The notes beneath the pieces were generated by a model, which had not been told where the DNA came from, searched no databases, and saw only the letters and a list, made by a program, of their open reading frames with translations. The translations under genes were made by a program, and so were the position numbers. Below are positions 21,648-24,000 of a DNA stretch of 24,000 nt, in pieces. Source of the DNA: Salmonella phage SPLA5a; sequence record OR413583.1. One strand, 5' to 3'. Each line of letters opens with the position of its first letter. Position 1 is the stretch's first letter.

Positions 21648-23663
21648 ATGATGGGAAATGGTCCGGATTGGGCTGCTTACCGACAAGGTGGACAGGAGAA
21701 CCCGAAAGCACAGAATTTTGGAAGTAAAGGCAATCGTGGAGGAAGAGTGAGTTATCAGCAACGTGAAGAAGAGACCCTGGAATCTGTCATTAACGGCACC
21801 CGTATTCTGGCAGTTCCCGAAATGAGTCTCTCCCTCGATGCAGCAAAGTATTTTAAGATCCGATCTGCCGTGTCGCCAAGCGACGGTGTAACGATTACAG
21901 CGACCTATTTGCCTTATTACGACAAGTACGGTAAGCTGACAGGCTATAAAAAGCGTGACTGGACTCTGCCGAAAGAGAAGAAAGGCCATTTTAGTGTCGT
22001 GGGGACTGTTAAGGCTGCATCACAGTTCTTCGGTCAACACGAAGCTGCAATGGGTGCTGGTCGCAAACAAATCTTCGTGGTTGAAGGTGAGGGTGATGTA
22101 ACTGCTGGATGGCAGGCAGGGTTTGAGTTCGTTAAGGGCCTGTCTGCAAGTCCTAATGCACCGAAAGGTGTGAAGGATTGGGCTGCAAGCGTCCTGAAAG
22201 GGATTGCCGCTATCCAGAACGGTGAAGAGGTTGCGGGTGTTCCGACATTGCCATTTGTCGGATTAAACTGTGGCACCGCCAACGCTGTGGATACTTTCGC
22301 TAACAACGAGAAGTTCATCCGTGGCTACGAGAAGGTTGTTCTCGGTTTTGATAATGATGAAGCAACGGCTCTCGAAAAGGAACGTAAGGTCAAGAAAGGT
22401 AAGGAAGCTACTGATGATGTTGCAGCGTTTTTGCTGACAGACAATATCTTTGTAGCGCGTTACCCGAACGAACGAAACGACCCGGCTGGTGTGAAAGACG
22501 TTCGCGACATGTACGACGCTGGCAAAGGCCGTGAGATCTGGAATATGTTCTCCAAGGCCGAAGACAAATACGTACCGGACAAGCTGATCAGCCTGAGTAA
22601 CATCACCATTGAAAACCTTCGCAAGAAGAAGAAAGATGGTGTGCCATTACCGGGGATGCCTCGACTTTATGAGTTGACCAAAGGGCCTCGTACTGGTGAG
22701 CTTTGGACCCTGACTGGCCCGTCTGGTGGTGGTAAATCCACCATCTCCCGTAAGATTGAGTATGCCATCGTGGATTATCTTCGCAATATGGATATCCCTC
22801 GTCTTGACGGCTGGACGGAGCACGAGAAGGTTGCAATCATCCGTCTTGAAGAGGATGAGGAGGAGTCAGTAAACAGCCTGTACGCGGAAGAGTTGAAGGT
22901 TGACCCTAAAGCATTTGTTGCCGACCCTGAGCAGTTCTTGACAGAAGAAGAACACCTTGCGATTCACCAACGGTGGATCAAGGAAGACAAGATCAAGATC
23001 TTTGACCACTTCGGATCTATTCCTACTGATCAGTTAATTCAGAAGCTGAAACAGATGGTGTTCCTGGATGGTTGTAAGTGGATTATCCTTGATCACCTGT
23101 CGATGGTAATCTCTGGTCTGAAGTCAGATAACGAGCGTCGAGATCTGGACAACATCATGACCGAGCTTGCAGCATTCTGTAAGCAGTATGATGTGTTCAT
23201 TCTCAGCATTAGCCACATGAAGCGTAAAGAACTTCAGCTACCGAAGGACAAAGACGGCAACATGTTGCCTTTCTGGTATCCTGTACGTAAAGAAGACCTG
23301 CGTGGTTCTGCTGCACTGGAACAGCTTTCCTGGATTGTCCTGGGTGTTGAGCCAGAAGAACTACCCGACCGCTCTCGTGGTCGTGTGCGTGTGGTTGTCA
23401 TGAAGAACCGCCCACACAAAAAACTCGGTGTCGCAGACACCATGATCATGGACGAAAACGGACAATTCACGGATGCGTCTGGTTGGGTATGGGAAGATGG
23501 GATGTTCAAGCTGGACGGGGAAGTCATGCTTCGCCCTGAAGGTATGGTTCAGACCCTACAACTGGAGACTCCGGTGGGTAAGGTGAATGTGCCTGCACCT
23601 GTCATTGAGAATCCAGTACAACTCCCGTCCCCGGCAGATTTTGACGACGATACCCCGTTCTAA
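21648..23663 (+). CDS. DNA primase-helicase (TOPRIM + RecA-like helicase, T7 gp4-like organisation, no visible zinc-binding domain)
   Basis: FVVEGEGDVTAGWQAG and VVLGFDNDEA (TOPRIM), GPSGGGKSTISRKIEYA (Walker A), KWIILDHLSMV, FILSISHMKR. Confidence 0.85.
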   Translation: MMGNGPDWAAYRQGGQENPKAQNFGSKGNRGGRVSYQQREEETLESVINGTRILAVPEMSLSLDAAKYFKIRSAVSPSDGVTITATYLPYYDKYGKLTGYKKRDWTLPKEKKGHFSVVGTVKAASQFFGQHEAAMGAGRKQIFVVEGEGDVTAGWQAGFEFVKGLSASPNAPKGVKDWAASVLKGIAAIQNGEEVAGVPTLPFVGLNCGTANAVDTFANNEKFIRGYEKVVLGFDNDEATALEKERKVKKGKEATDDVAAFLLTDNIFVARYPNERNDPAGVKDVRDMYDAGKGREIWNMFSKAEDKYVPDKLISLSNITIENLRKKKKDGVPLPGMPRLYELTKGPRTGELWTLTGPSGGGKSTISRKIEYAIVDYLRNMDIPRLDGWTEHEKVAIIRLEEDEEESVNSLYAEELKVDPKAFVADPEQFLTEEEHLAIHQRWIKEDKIKIFDHFGSIPTDQLIQKLKQMVFLDGCKWIILDHLSMVISGLKSDNERRDLDNIMTELAAFCKQYDVFILSISHMKRKELQLPKDKDGNMLPFWYPVRKEDLRGSAALEQLSWIVLGVEPEELPDRSRGRVRVVVMKNRPHKKLGVADTMIMDENGQFTDASGWVWEDGMFKLDGEVMLRPEGMVQTLQLETPVGKVNVPAPVIENPVQLPSPADFDDDTPF

Positions 23664-23681
23664 TCCATTCAACCAACTGAT

Positions 23682-23711
23682 AGGTGGGCGACGTTACAGT
23701 CAAGCCCACCT
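23682..23711 (+). promoter_or_regulatory. Hairpin directly upstream of the DNA polymerase RBS
   Basis: AGGTGGGC (23682-23689) pairs with GCCCACCT (23704-23711), inner GAC/GTC possible; no U-tract; RBS aggaggag follows. Confidence 0.55.
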
Positions 23712-23725
23712 TGCATAGGAGGAGC

Positions 23726-24000
23726 ATGAAAGGTTTGTTTATAACGGACAACGAAGCTGATGGTCTGTTAGAGGAAGTAACTAAGTACCACTGTACCCTT
23801 CTGAAGGAATACGGTGTTAACAACTGGAATCTGTTTTTAGATCCTGCACACCCAGAGTATGAGAGCGCCGTAACATATGCTCGCAGCAAGACAGAAGCCA
23901 ATCTCACGATCCGCTCATATGACGAGCTTGAGGCGTTCCTGAAAACTTGCCGTGGTATTGCGTGTCACAACCTTTTTGGTTATGATCTACGCCTCTGGAA
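23726..24000 (+). CDS. Start of family A (T7 gp5-like) DNA polymerase, 3'-5' exonuclease domain; partial
   Basis: MKGLFITDNEADGLLEEVTKYHCTLLKEYG... parallels T7 gp5 MIVSDIEANALLESVTKFHC; exo motif D-x-E and CHNLFGYDLRLW. Confidence 0.8.
   Translation, partial: MKGLFITDNEADGLLEEVTKYHCTLLKEYGVNNWNLFLDPAHPEYESAVTYARSKTEANLTIRSYDELEAFLKTCRGIACHNLFGYDLRLW

Noticed and set aside
1-24000. tRNA genes, CRISPR arrays, insertion sequences, integrase
   Set aside because: No cloverleaf-like sequence, regular direct repeats, transposase or integrase motifs were seen on reading; a tRNAscan-SE and repeat search would be needed to be certain.

Overview
The window looks like part of a large virulent tailed-phage genome (gammaproteobacterial-host style, possibly rV5/PVP-SE1-like; that placement is from memory and low confidence). 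Genes are tightly packed, often with ATGA/TAATG overlaps. A minus-strand block (1-3844) contains a Cys-rich protein (partial), a winged-HTH protein, a small unknown, a metallopeptidase + VWA protein, and a protein with two HNH-like units. A divergent promoter region (~3845-3971) separates it from a long plus-strand block: an unknown 339-aa protein, a RelA/SpoT-type HD hydrolase, a MoxR-like AAA+ ATPase, many small accessory ORFs (including a DUF2829/Tad2-like candidate and a macro domain protein), an Rnl2-like RNA ligase, a beta-solenoid repeat protein, a secreted SleB-like hydrolase plus a small membrane protein, rIIA, rIIB, a Dda/PIF1-like helicase, a Dcm-like protein, a LamG-like protein, a TOPRIM/RecA-like primase-helicase, and the start of a T7-type DNA polymerase. 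The most interesting points are: the MoxR ATPase and VWA-peptidase split across divergent operons; a possible counter-defence or nucleotide-signal toolkit (HD alarmone hydrolase, DUF2829-like, macro domain, RNA ligase, rIIA/B); the internal duplication in the HNH-like protein; a duplicated N-terminal module in rIIB; a hairpin terminator overlapping a promoter at 7772-7801; and three short ORFs missed by the 60-aa track (8409-8585, 12376-12552, 21495-21641). No tRNA, CRISPR array or transposon was recognised.
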